A stretch of 64,000 nt of DNA from a virus, in the IMG/VR virus record IMGVR_UViG_3300023176_007894, positions 32,001-96,000 of that record; one strand, written 5' to 3'. Below the pieces are notes generated by a model. That model saw only the letters and a program-made list of their open reading frames with translations. It had not been told where the DNA came from and did no database searches. This document shows, piece by piece, positions 17,649 to 27,471 of this stretch. The first letter of the stretch is position 1. The number at the start of each line of letters is the position of its first letter. Both the position numbers and the translations under genes were made by a program.

Positions 17649-20109
17649 TTGAATATTTTACCGAGCCCCCGCTAAAACCAAATGAAATAGTTTGATCGTG
17701 GGTTAATTTTTTCCCCAAAATTAGCTCCGCCAATTTATTTTCGATATGGGTCTCTATTAGCCTTTTCAGTGGTCTGGCGCCCATTTTTTCTTCAGAAGAA
17801 AGATCTATAATCATTTGCACAAAAGATGCAGTCATTTTTATGGATATATTCTTGTTGGATAATTTATCCTCAATTTTACTGATCTCTAATTTTACTATTT
17901 TTTTCAGGTCTTCTTTTTTGAATTCTTCGAATACAACAATATCTGTTAGTCTGTTTATGAATTCTGGCCTAAAGAAACTTTTTAATTCGTCTTTGATTAT
18001 ATTCTGAGGGCGATTTTCTTCTTGTTGCGAAAAACCTATGGCTTGTTTTGAAAGCTTTTCTCCTCCGACATTGCCTGTTAGTATAATTATACAATTATTA
18101 AAATAAACTTTTCGACCAGAGTTATCTGTCACAAAGCCTTCTTCTAAAATTTGTAATAATATGTTTATTACGTCTGGATGGGCTTTTTCTATTTCATCGA
18201 AGAGTACGACACTGTAGGGATTTTTTCTTACTCTTTCTGTTAATATACCCCCTTCTTCGTAACCTACATATCCTGGAGAGGCTCCTGTTAGCCTGCTTGC
18301 CGTAATTTTTTCAGAATATTCGCTCATATCTAATTGAATAAGATTTGAGGAGCTGCCATATATAAATTCAGATATGCATTTTGCGGTATATGTTTTTCCT
18401 GTTCCTGTTTTTCCAACAAGAAGGAAGCTTCCTACGGGCTTGTTTTTGTCTTTTAATCCTGACTTTGATCGAAGTATAGCTTGACTCATTTGTTCAAGTG
18501 CTTCTGATTGTCCAATAATCCTTGATTTAAGATTTTTGAATAACCCTAAAATCTTTTTAGAGTCTTTTGCGGACATTTCTGAAGCGGGAACTCCGGTTCT
18601 AGAGGATACAACTGCATAAATATCTTCCTTTGATACCTTGAATTTATTTTTGATTGTTTCATTGGCCCATTTTGTAATGACCTGATCGTATCTTTCTAAT
18701 AAAATAATTTGAGTATCTTCAATAATGCTGTAATCTTCATTTGTAGATTGCATAGTGGATTCTTTCATGGCTAACTTTTCAAGTTCTTTTTCTATGTTAA
18801 CAGCTTCTTGGGGTCTCTGTATATTTTTAATTTTAACTTTTGACCCAGCTTGGTCCATGATATCAATTGCTTTATCTGGAAATTGTTTATCTAATATATA
18901 TTTTTCAGATAGATCGATAATCAAATCTATGATTTCTTTAGAGTAAGATATGCTGTGGAAGCTTTCGTATTTTTTCTTTACTCCATTTAGTATTTTTCTT
19001 GTTTCTTCTTTAGTTGGCTCTTTTACTTTGATGGGTTGAAATCTTCTGTCCAGCGCTCCGTCTTTCATGATGCTTTTCTTGTACTCTTCTTGAGTGGTCG
19101 CTCCAATGCATTTAATTTCTCCTCTTGCAAGCAATGGCTTGAGTAGATTTGCTGCATCCATGCTACCCTCTGCGCTACCTGCGCCAACTAATGTATGTAT
19201 TTCATCTATAAATAAAATTATACTCTGGTTCTTTTTTACTTCCTCTATGATATTTTTAAGCCTCTCTTCGAATTGACCTCTATATTTTGTACCAGCTATT
19301 AGTGAGCCTAAATCCAATGAGAATATAATTTTCCCTAAAAGAAAGTCTGGGCACTCGTTATGTACTATTTTTTGAGCGAGACCTTCTACGATAGCTGTTT
19401 TTCCTACCCCTGGATCCCCAAGTAGAATTGGATTATTTTTGGTTCTTCTGCATAAAATTTCGCAGACGTCACTTATTTCTTGCGTTTTGCCAACTATGTT
19501 ATCGAATTTTCCCTGAGCTGCCTTTTCGCAGAAGTTGACTCCAAATTTGTCGAGTGTGGGCGTATTTGTAGATATTGAGCTAACTTTAATTGATTTTTTA
19601 GGGCTAGGCTTTTCTTGTACATTTCTTTCGTTAGAAATATGTAAATACTCTCTTACTTCTGCAATGACGTCGTCTTCCGAAGAGTTAAAAAGCCTAAAGT
19701 AAAATGGAACAGGAGAGTCTTCATATTTCAAGAGAGCCAATAGCATATGTTCTAGACCAACATATTCATGTCCAAGCTTATAGCTTATTGATGCGGCAAC
19801 TTTCAAAACCAAATGAAAGTGCTCGTCGTAAACGGGCTCATATGATTCATCAAATTTGTCAGAATTTTTCTCATCTAAGAATTGCTCTTTGTTTTGGCGC
19901 TCGAGGGATTCTATAATTTCTTCCTTTAATGATTTCTGGTCTATATTTAATAAATATAAAATCTCACTAAGTATTCCCGCGCTAAGTTTAACCATGCCGT
20001 AGAATAAATGTTCTAAGTTTACATAGTCGCTATAATACTCTCTTGCTATTTTTTTTGCTTCGTTGATTGCCTGTTGCGCTCTTGGCGTAAAGTTTGGCTT
20101 AGGTTTCAT
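17629..20109 (-). CDS. clpC: ClpC-type Hsp100 AAA+ ATPase
   Basis: Clp N domain; GDPGVGKT, FIDEIH, GKTGTGKT, LFDEIEKAHP, GARPL; IGF ClpP-docking loop; start at 20109 or 20115. Confidence 0.9.
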   Translation of the reverse strand: MKPKPNFTPRAQQAINEAKKIAREYYSDYVNLEHLFYGMVKLSAGILSEILYLLNIDQKSLKEEIIESLERQNKEQFLDEKNSDKFDESYEPVYDEHFHLVLKVAASISYKLGHEYVGLEHMLLALLKYEDSPVPFYFRLFNSSEDDVIAEVREYLHISNERNVQEKPSPKKSIKVSSISTNTPTLDKFGVNFCEKAAQGKFDNIVGKTQEISDVCEILCRRTKNNPILLGDPGVGKTAIVEGLAQKIVHNECPDFLLGKIIFSLDLGSLIAGTKYRGQFEERLKNIIEEVKKNQSIILFIDEIHTLVGAGSAEGSMDAANLLKPLLARGEIKCIGATTQEEYKKSIMKDGALDRRFQPIKVKEPTKEETRKILNGVKKKYESFHSISYSKEIIDLIIDLSEKYILDKQFPDKAIDIMDQAGSKVKIKNIQRPQEAVNIEKELEKLAMKESTMQSTNEDYSIIEDTQIILLERYDQVITKWANETIKNKFKVSKEDIYAVVSSRTGVPASEMSAKDSKKILGLFKNLKSRIIGQSEALEQMSQAILRSKSGLKDKNKPVGSFLLVGKTGTGKTYTAKCISEFIYGSSSNLIQLDMSEYSEKITASRLTGASPGYVGYEEGGILTERVRKNPYSVVLFDEIEKAHPDVINILLQILEEGFVTDNSGRKVYFNNCIIILTGNVGGEKLSKQAIGFSQQEENRPQNIIKDELKSFFRPEFINRLTDIVVFEEFKKEDLKKIVKLEISKIEDKLSNKNISIKMTASFVQMIIDLSSEEKMGARPLKRLIETHIENKLAELILGKKLTHDQTISFGFSGGSVKYSIKEELA

Positions 20110-20125
20110 TGTCATAATTTTACAC

Positions 20126-22687
20126 TTATTTCACCTCGGACATCTTCATATAAATTTTTTCGTCCAAAATTTTTATAGAATCAATAAATAATATATCTTC
20201 ACTTTTTCGTCCATATGTGACTACAATATTCTTTTTTGATGGGGTTTTGTTTGTCTGTTTTTCAAAATATCTATCATAGAAATTACCTCTTCTTGAGTTT
20301 AGGAGCATGGCATCATATCTTCCGCTTTCATCAGATATAGAAAGCTTCATGTATTTATTACCATTTCGGGAAGTTCGCTTTATGCAGTCTTCAACAACTC
20401 CGATAAATCTGCCTTTTTCATCAAGATCCATGATCTTTAGATCTGACGAGTCTTTTAGTGAGGAGCTCCCGTCAGAAAAGCAGGTTTTCAATTTCGAACT
20501 ATGACTGTAGCCTAAAAGCTGAGTTTCAAAATACCAATTTGCGAAATGCTCATATTGTCTATTTTTGTCATAAATGCTTTTGTAGACATCGTACTTTTTC
20601 TTAAATGTTTTAAATCTAGATTCCTTCATTACTGGCTTGCCGTCATCAGCAATTAGATTTTCATTTTTTGCATCGACTATACAGTTGAGGAGCTTATACT
20701 CATATTTTTCTCCCAATTGAACAAAATTTCTTTTTTCTCTTTCTGTAAGTAGATTAAAAGACTGCGCCTCTAGTACCATCAGTGACCTGTTTTTCCCTTT
20801 ACTGCCTAATGCTCCGGCTTGAATTAATGCAGAAAGAACTCCTATATTGAGCCCTGCCTGTTTCGCGGAGAGAAATATATCATATTTGGTTGGGGTTTCA
20901 GAAGACCTAAAGTCTCTAAGTGCTTGCAGGGATTTTTCGCTAACTCCTTTGATGCTGTTTAGTCCAAACCTAATGTCTTTTCCTTCTATGGAGAAATCCA
21001 TTTTAGAATTTGCGAGGTCTGGAGATAATAATTTAATATTAAAGGAGTCTAATTCTTTTGAAATTTTACTTATTTCTTCTTGTGGGGATGGCTCATATTT
21101 GGTCATCTTCAATAAAGATAGAAAAAATTGTTGTGGATGATTAAATTTAAGGTATGCTGTCCATGCAGCAAGAACAGAATAACTAAGGGAGTGTGATTTA
21201 TTGAAAGAATAGTTTGCGCTATCCTCTGCGACGCTCCATAATATTGTTCCAATGTCTGGACTCAGTCCTCGCTCACTTACTTTTTGTTCAATCTTGGCTT
21301 TCCAGGCAGGCATTTGATCCACCTTTTTCTTTCCAACAATGCGCCGAAGCTGCTCTGCTTCATCAAGCGTGAATCCAACCTTCACCGCCATTTGCATAAG
21401 CTGCTCTTGATAGAGTGGAATTCCACCTGTATAATCTAATACATCCGAGAAAAACTCATGAATAACTTGGGCTTCTTCGGTTTCCACATAGGTTGCATAA
21501 TTGTCTAAAAATTCGAGAGCTCCTGGGCGACCAATCGCTACAACCGCACTAAGCTGCTCGAGGTTTTGTGGCTTGATTTTCTTGCAAACCCTGTAGTTGG
21601 TATCAGATTCTAATTGAAACAATCCGTGAGGTGCTCTTAGGGCCTGTAATGGCTTGAATACATCTGCGTTATGAAGATCAATGTCATTGCAATCAATTCC
21701 AAGGCTTTTGCATACATCATAAATCACACTCAAAGTGCGCAATCCTAGAATATCAAATTTTACCATCAGCTCCGATACCCAATTCATGTCGTATCCTGTC
21801 ACCAATGTTCCATCATTTGATGTTTGAATAGGGCAAATGTCCGTCATTGTATCAAACGAAATCGCGATTCCGCTTGGGTGAACACCTGTGTTTTTATTTA
21901 GCCCTTCAAGTTTCAATGCAATATTAAATACTTCTGGGTTTTGCGCGGCCCAATCTGTAAACTTTTCGCTTTCTTCAATAGCGTTGCGCAAAGGCACTAC
22001 CACTCCAAAACGTTTTGGGATTGTGTCACTAACTTCGTTTACTTGCTGCTCTGTAAATTCCCCAACAATCTTGCCGCATTCCTTCACGCAAAGCTTTCCG
22101 CTGAGAGTGTTTAGCGTTAGTATCTTTGCGGTTCTGGCGGGATGCTTGCGTTCGATATAATCAATAACTTCTGCGCGGCGTTCGTAAGCGATATCGTTAT
22201 CCACGTCTGCAAGTAAACTGCCATCAAGATATGTGATTCCATCTTGTTCGATCTTGCGAGCCCTGCTTTTAGAAACGAATCGTTCAAAGAATAGATTATA
22301 TTCCACAGGATCAACATTTGTTACTCCGATTAAATAGAGTACAAGAGATCCTGCGGCACTACCACGACCCGGCCCAGTGGGAATATCGTTTTCATGACAA
22401 AAATTAAGAATATCCCAGTTTAAAAGAATATAATCAATAAAACCAAGTTCTTCCAGAATGGCGAGCTCTGATTTTGCGCGATCAAAGTATTCTTTCTTGT
22501 TATCAAACTTATCGATTCCGCGATCATAGACGCCCTTGTGGCAGAGTTTGCGAAGAAACTCGTAGTTGCTCACATCTGGAGAGCACTTAAGCATTTTATA
22601 ATACTTTTCTTCGATTTTAATGTTAGGCAATCGAACGCCTGGGGGAACACATCCCTCGTAACTTTTAAATTCTTCGATAAAACTCAT
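20126..22687 (-). CDS. dnaE: DNA polymerase III alpha catalytic subunit lacking the PHP domain
   Basis: GPGRGSAAGSL, FERF, DVDND, HPSG, KFDILGL, YQEQLM, YSFNKSH; C-terminal OB fold; ATG 22687 overlaps the upstream stop. Confidence 0.92.
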   Translation of the reverse strand: MSFIEEFKSYEGCVPPGVRLPNIKIEEKYYKMLKCSPDVSNYEFLRKLCHKGVYDRGIDKFDNKKEYFDRAKSELAILEELGFIDYILLNWDILNFCHENDIPTGPGRGSAAGSLVLYLIGVTNVDPVEYNLFFERFVSKSRARKIEQDGITYLDGSLLADVDNDIAYERRAEVIDYIERKHPARTAKILTLNTLSGKLCVKECGKIVGEFTEQQVNEVSDTIPKRFGVVVPLRNAIEESEKFTDWAAQNPEVFNIALKLEGLNKNTGVHPSGIAISFDTMTDICPIQTSNDGTLVTGYDMNWVSELMVKFDILGLRTLSVIYDVCKSLGIDCNDIDLHNADVFKPLQALRAPHGLFQLESDTNYRVCKKIKPQNLEQLSAVVAIGRPGALEFLDNYATYVETEEAQVIHEFFSDVLDYTGGIPLYQEQLMQMAVKVGFTLDEAEQLRRIVGKKKVDQMPAWKAKIEQKVSERGLSPDIGTILWSVAEDSANYSFNKSHSLSYSVLAAWTAYLKFNHPQQFFLSLLKMTKYEPSPQEEISKISKELDSFNIKLLSPDLANSKMDFSIEGKDIRFGLNSIKGVSEKSLQALRDFRSSETPTKYDIFLSAKQAGLNIGVLSALIQAGALGSKGKNRSLMVLEAQSFNLLTEREKRNFVQLGEKYEYKLLNCIVDAKNENLIADDGKPVMKESRFKTFKKKYDVYKSIYDKNRQYEHFANWYFETQLLGYSHSSKLKTCFSDGSSSLKDSSDLKIMDLDEKGRFIGVVEDCIKRTSRNGNKYMKLSISDESGRYDAMLLNSRRGNFYDRYFEKQTNKTPSKKNIVVTYGRKSEDILFIDSIKILDEKIYMKMSEVK

Positions 22688-23328
22688 ACTTCTACTTCCC
22701 ATATCATTTTCTTAAATACTTCATAATTGACTCGAATATCATACAGTGCATCGTGTAATTTTTTCTCATCAAAGTCAACATCAAAATCTTTACAGCACTG
22801 TTTTAGATTGCAGCTTAATCCTCTTTCGATGAGATGATTGAGTCGATATTGCCATGCCAAAAAGTTGTCATCTTTGTCTAAGCGAATACGTTTCTTGAGG
22901 GCTTTTGCAAGACAGAGTGTGTCTACAAGATGTTCAGTATAACTAAAATCTGTTTTTGCTTTTGGGTTAACGAGCTTACGATGAATGTTATGCATATAAA
23001 CATCAAAGCCTAGAAGATTGTGTCCAACCTTTAGGTAGCTGTCGTCGTACAGATATTTCTCGAAGTGATCAAGCGCTGCTTTTGGGCAAGTTGCGCGCTT
23101 TTTGTATTTTGCTTCAGTAAAGCCTGTGATTTTCGCAGCATCAGGAGACACATTGAGCTCATCCCATTTGAGCCAATAATCTTTTTGCTCAACAATCTTG
23201 TTGTTTTCGATAACAAGGAATGCGAGTTGCCATGGCTTGTTGTGTGTAATTAGATTAAGGTTGCAAGTTTCGTAATCAAACAACAGATACTTTTTATTTT
23301 TTTGAAATCTAAGCAGTGATTCTTTCAT
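22684..23328 (-). CDS. DEDDh 3'-5' exonuclease (DnaQ/epsilon-like)
   Basis: FDYET, GHNLLGFD, DTL and HDALYD motifs. Confidence 0.88.
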   Translation of the reverse strand: MKESLLRFQKNKKYLLFDYETCNLNLITHNKPWQLAFLVIENNKIVEQKDYWLKWDELNVSPDAAKITGFTEAKYKKRATCPKAALDHFEKYLYDDSYLKVGHNLLGFDVYMHNIHRKLVNPKAKTDFSYTEHLVDTLCLAKALKKRIRLDKDDNFLAWQYRLNHLIERGLSCNLKQCCKDFDVDFDEKKLHDALYDIRVNYEVFKKMIWEVEV

Positions 23329-23831
23329 TTTAAGTCTGGTCTTTCTTCGTTGCCATAGTTTATTAATAACTCTTGGCCTTTTTTAATTTTTTGGTTTGTT
23401 TTATATCTGAATAAAAAATCTTTGTAGTCTATTGAACAGTCTACGTTGTTGCGTTCAGAGTGATTATATATCATTCCAAATCCTAAAACAGTTGCGGTAG
23501 AAAAAATTTCAGAAATATCTTCGTAACCTAGTTCTTTAATCTCTTCGAAAAAAGAATTTCGAACTTCTTCATCGTCAATCATCAATTTGAAAAAGCTCTG
23601 AAAGTTAAGGCGTTCGTTTTCTTCGTGTGATAGTTTATCATTGTAGAATAAAGTGAAGACATATCTTGCTAATTCTTTGTCTTGCATGTCTTTCGCGCAT
23701 CCAGATATTATAAAATGACATTCTTCTATAATCTCTCCCGCGTCTAAGTCTTGGGCTGCAAAAACGCCCCTTCCTTTTAGGTTTGATTTCTTAACAACAA
23801 TTTTTGTTGGAGCGATAAGTTCGTCTTTCAT
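23325..23831 (-). CDS. SET-domain protein (lysine methyltransferase-like)
   Basis: KGRGVFA, GEIIE, YNHS and IKKGQELLINYG motifs; ATG 23831 overlaps the upstream stop. Confidence 0.88.
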   Translation of the reverse strand: MKDELIAPTKIVVKKSNLKGRGVFAAQDLDAGEIIEECHFIISGCAKDMQDKELARYVFTLFYNDKLSHEENERLNFQSFFKLMIDDEEVRNSFFEEIKELGYEDISEIFSTATVLGFGMIYNHSERNNVDCSIDYKDFLFRYKTNQKIKKGQELLINYGNEERPDLK

Positions 23832-24583
23832 ACTTTCTCCTTCCAGCTTTCGAAGCAAAATTCATTGCTGCCAAAGTGGTCTAAGTTTGGTTTTGATAGT
23901 GTTTTGTTTCCAAAGCTCCTTCCAGTTATACATTTATAGGTCTGCAAGGCGCTGACGTCTTTTTTGTTTTTATAATATATGCTTTTCGTTAGTTCTATTT
24001 TAAATTTTTCTCCAGCAAAAGCTCGGACCCTTTCACTTAACATACGGTCAAACGGAAGAGAATTATCTTCAATGAAAAATACGGGGTCAAAGTGCGCAAA
24101 ATTGGGTGTGCAGTTTGCGAATTTCATGGTATTGTTATAAATAAACGAATCATAAAATGGTACTGCAAGCATAAGGTCTTTTTTGTTCCAGTGTTTTTTG
24201 AGTATTTTCGCATCTACCGAATTAAAATTATCTGTAAAAGCTTCGCTGAAAATAGAATTTAATCTTTTGCATCCGCTTGAGTTTTTTGCAAAAATAATAA
24301 TTTTGTGGGCAGATTGATGCGATTCCTCTTTCGGGTTGACAGAAGCATTTTCTCTCATGTCTATGCGCAGCCCAAATATCAATTTAATATCCATTGATGA
24401 CGCTATCTTGTTTGCTTGCAAGAATCCAGTAAGAGAATCTTCTACTAAAATAACCTCTTTTAATCCGTTTTCTTTGGCGATTGAAAAAATACTATCTGCA
24501 CCGCCTTCTTTCTGTGTAATTGGATTATCCAGAGTTAATATGCTTTTGCCGATAGAGAAGTGACTTTTAAATAACGCTAACAT
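23828..24583 (-). CDS. Stand-alone PHP domain of DNA polymerase III alpha
   Basis: KSHFSIGKS, LVEDSLTGF, LIFGLRI and IIIFAKNSSG match the DnaE N-terminus; start at 24583 set from the promoter. Confidence 0.8.
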   Translation of the reverse strand: MLALFKSHFSIGKSILTLDNPITQKEGGADSIFSIAKENGLKEVILVEDSLTGFLQANKIASSMDIKLIFGLRIDMRENASVNPKEESHQSAHKIIIFAKNSSGCKRLNSIFSEAFTDNFNSVDAKILKKHWNKKDLMLAVPFYDSFIYNNTMKFANCTPNFAHFDPVFFIEDNSLPFDRMLSERVRAFAGEKFKIELTKSIYYKNKKDVSALQTYKCITGRSFGNKTLSKPNLDHFGSNEFCFESWKEKV

Positions 24584-24590
24584 GGCATAT

Positions 24591-24619
24591 ATACTAACAG
24601 AAAAACAATTTCCTGTCAA
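24591..24619 (-). promoter_or_regulatory. Sigma70-type promoter for the polymerase operon (TTGACA-N17-TAGTAT), leaderless
   Basis: Read directly; ATG follows the -10 box by 7 nt. Confidence 0.75.
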
Positions 24620-24652
24620 GGAATAAAAGTTATTCACGAGGTGCGATAAATG

Positions 24653-24681
24653 TTGACAGTATCGCTGTGGGATGTTATTAT
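24653..24681 (+). promoter_or_regulatory. Sigma70-type promoter for nrdA (TTGACA-N17-TATTAT)
   Basis: Read directly; divergent from 24591-24619. Confidence 0.75.
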
Positions 24682-24692
24682 TTTAGAGTTAT

Positions 24693-27152
24693 ATGAATAT
24701 CAAAGTAAAAAAAAGAAACGGTAGACTTCAGGAGTTTAATGTAGAAAAAATTAATGCAAATGTTGAGCGTGCATGCGACTCAATTGATGACGTGTCTGTT
24801 AGCGAAATAGTGCTTGATGCTCAGCTTCAATTGTATGATAAAATTACTACTAGCGAAATTGACAAGGCCTTAATCTTAAGTGCGCGCGAAAAAATTGAAA
24901 AGGAGCCGAATTATAGCTATGCAGCAGGCAGGTTGCTGCTGAATACGGTATACAAGGAGGTTTTTAAAGAGGGTGTTGATTCTGACATCTTCAGGCTTCA
25001 ATATAGGAAGAGCTTCATTCAGGGTATTAAAAAATTAGTGGATTGCAATAGGCTTAGCCCTAGAATGCTCGAGTTTGATTTGCAAAAGTTATCTGAAGCA
25101 ATAAAAATTAGAAGGGATCTCAGGTTTAAATATCTTGGAATACAAATTTTGACAGATAGATATTTTATAAGAGAAGATGGTAAAATTATGGAGGCGCCGC
25201 AGTCTTTTTGGATGAGGGTTGCCATGGGGCTAGCCCTAGACGAAGAAGACAAAGATCAAAAGGCTATTGAGTTTTATGATTTATTTAGCAAGTTTTTGTA
25301 TACTTCTTCAACTCCAACTCTTTTTAACAGCGGAACAATTAGGTCTCAGCTGAGCTCTTGCTATCTTAATACTTTTGATGACAGTATTGACGGCATCTTT
25401 GACGGTGCTTGGCAAGAAGCTAGAAAATCTAAATATGCAGGGGGTTTGGGTCTAGACGTTACTCCGTTTAGATCTACAGGGTCTCATATTCAAGGGACTA
25501 ATGGAATATCAAGTGGATTGGTTCCTTGGTTAAAGATATTTAATGACCTATTGGTCGCAGTTAATCAGGGCGGAAAAAGACCTGGTGCGGGCTGTGCGTA
25601 TCTTGAGCCTTGGCATTTAGATTTTGAAGACTTTCTAAACTTAAGAAGGAATACCGGAGACGATAGATTAAGGTGTCATGATATGAACACTGCATCTTGG
25701 ATTCCCGACGAATTTATGCGAAGAGTTCAAAATGAAGGTGATTGGTATTTTTTCGACCCCAGAGAGGCAGATTTACATGATTGTTTTGGAGAGGAATTCG
25801 ATAAAAGATACAATGAATTAATTGATCTTGCCGAAAATGGTCATATCGATAATTGGAGGAAGATGCCCGCAAAAGAACTTTGGAAAAAAATGCTTAAGGT
25901 ATTATTTGAGACCTCTCATCCGTGGAACACTTTCAAGGATCCGTGCAATATTAGATATACAAATCAGCACGAGGGTATTGTGCATAGTAGTAACTTATGC
26001 ACTGAAATTACGCTTCACACAAAGTCCTCAAAGTACGATAAGGGAGAAAAAACCGAGATTGGAGAAACCGCAGTCTGTAATCTCGGGTCAATTAATTTAT
26101 TAAACCATCTGAATGAAGATGGTAATGATATTGATTACATTAAGCTCGAAAAAACAATTCACACTGCAATTAGAATGCTTGACAATGTGATTGACTTAAA
26201 TTTTTATCCAACAGCAGAAGCTTCTAAATCAAATTTAAGAAACAGACCTATAGGGTTGGGACTTATGGGTCTACACGATGTATTGCATGTTAAAAATATT
26301 CAAATTGACAGTGATGAAGCTGTAGAATTTAGCGATAAACTATTTGAGTTCTATTCAATGCATGCTATATATGCAAGCTCTATTTTGGCTAAAGAGCGTG
26401 GCTCATATCAAACCTACGAAGGATCTCTTTGGCATGGCGGAGTTTTCCCAATAGATTCTTACAATAATCTCATGGTTTACAGAGGTAAGCAAGAGGTGCC
26501 CGAAGAGTCAGTTACGGGTAAACCCTTAACCGGAAAAGGGCAGACTCTTAAAGAATGGCAAAAAGTAAGGGTTCATGTAAATAAGCACGGTATGAGAAAC
26601 TCAAATGTTATGGCTATTGCCCCAACAGCCACTATTGGATATATCAATGGCATTGAGCAAAGCATAGAGCCAAATTTTTCTGTATTATTTGTATATGAAA
26701 ATAAAAGCGGCAATTTCTTTATAACGAATGAGCATTTTATTAATGATATGAAGAATGCAGGTTTGTGGAATAGTGAGGTTGCAAAGCTAGTTAAAAATGT
26801 TGATGGAGATCTTTCATTATTGAATGGCGATATCCCATCAGAATTAAAAGAAAAATATAAAACGGCTTTTGACAGAGATATGTTCAAATTGATTGAAGCT
26901 AATGCGGCAAGACAAAAATGGATGGATCAATCTATAAGTTTTAATTTATACAACAAGTCTACTTCATTAAAATATTTAAATGACATTTATATGGCTTGCT
27001 GGGAAGCTGGGCTAAAAACTACATATTATTTAAGAAACCGTGCGGCATCTAAGGTAGAAAAATCTCACGAAGATAAACCTAAGAGCGAAGAAGCAACCGC
27101 ATGCAGTATTGAGGCAATGAAGAATGGTGGTATTTGCGAAAGCTGTCAGTGA
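24693..27152 (+). CDS. nrdA: Class I ribonucleotide reductase alpha subunit
   Basis: ATP cone (VKKRNG), TPTLFN, SSCYL, SNLCTEI, APTAT, KTTYYLR, C-terminal CESCQ. Confidence 0.95.
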   Translation: MNIKVKKRNGRLQEFNVEKINANVERACDSIDDVSVSEIVLDAQLQLYDKITTSEIDKALILSAREKIEKEPNYSYAAGRLLLNTVYKEVFKEGVDSDIFRLQYRKSFIQGIKKLVDCNRLSPRMLEFDLQKLSEAIKIRRDLRFKYLGIQILTDRYFIREDGKIMEAPQSFWMRVAMGLALDEEDKDQKAIEFYDLFSKFLYTSSTPTLFNSGTIRSQLSSCYLNTFDDSIDGIFDGAWQEARKSKYAGGLGLDVTPFRSTGSHIQGTNGISSGLVPWLKIFNDLLVAVNQGGKRPGAGCAYLEPWHLDFEDFLNLRRNTGDDRLRCHDMNTASWIPDEFMRRVQNEGDWYFFDPREADLHDCFGEEFDKRYNELIDLAENGHIDNWRKMPAKELWKKMLKVLFETSHPWNTFKDPCNIRYTNQHEGIVHSSNLCTEITLHTKSSKYDKGEKTEIGETAVCNLGSINLLNHLNEDGNDIDYIKLEKTIHTAIRMLDNVIDLNFYPTAEASKSNLRNRPIGLGLMGLHDVLHVKNIQIDSDEAVEFSDKLFEFYSMHAIYASSILAKERGSYQTYEGSLWHGGVFPIDSYNNLMVYRGKQEVPEESVTGKPLTGKGQTLKEWQKVRVHVNKHGMRNSNVMAIAPTATIGYINGIEQSIEPNFSVLFVYENKSGNFFITNEHFINDMKNAGLWNSEVAKLVKNVDGDLSLLNGDIPSELKEKYKTAFDRDMFKLIEANAARQKWMDQSISFNLYNKSTSLKYLNDIYMACWEAGLKTTYYLRNRAASKVEKSHEDKPKSEEATACSIEAMKNGGICESCQ

Positions 27153-27427
27153 TGGCAACCAAGGAAAAATATTTTAAATCATATCAGGAAAGTTTGCTTC
27201 GCGCAAACTTGATTAGAAAAGAGCTAATGTTCTTATATTCAGATATAGAGTCAAGGAATTATTTTAAGAATAGAAAAAATGCCGAAACTGCATATATAGC
27301 AACTATAGAACAGTTGATTAACAAGGGATACGCATATCTCAGCCTTAATCCTGAGTCAAAAACTACAATACAGGTATCATTAGATATCGAAAAATACTCA
27401 AACATATTAAAAAACTTAAAGTCATGA
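27152..27427 (+). CDS. Hypothetical protein (start MATKEKY)
   Basis: TGATG overlap with the nrdA stop. Confidence 0.6.
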   Translation: MATKEKYFKSYQESLLRANLIRKELMFLYSDIESRNYFKNRKNAETAYIATIEQLINKGYAYLSLNPESKTTIQVSLDIEKYSNILKNLKS

Positions 27428-27435
27428 ACTAAATC

Positions 27436-27464
27436 TTGACTTTTGTCGTTATATATGTTATAAA
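27436..27464 (+). promoter_or_regulatory. Sigma70-type promoter for nrdB (TTGACT-N17-TATAAA), leaderless
   Basis: ATG 27472 follows the -10 box by 7 nt. Confidence 0.7.
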
Positions 27465-27471
27465 TATATCT

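Noticed and set aside
20126-27152. Inteins or introns in dnaE or nrdA
   Set aside because: No intein terminal motifs or homing-endonuclease insertions were seen, and protein lengths need no insertion
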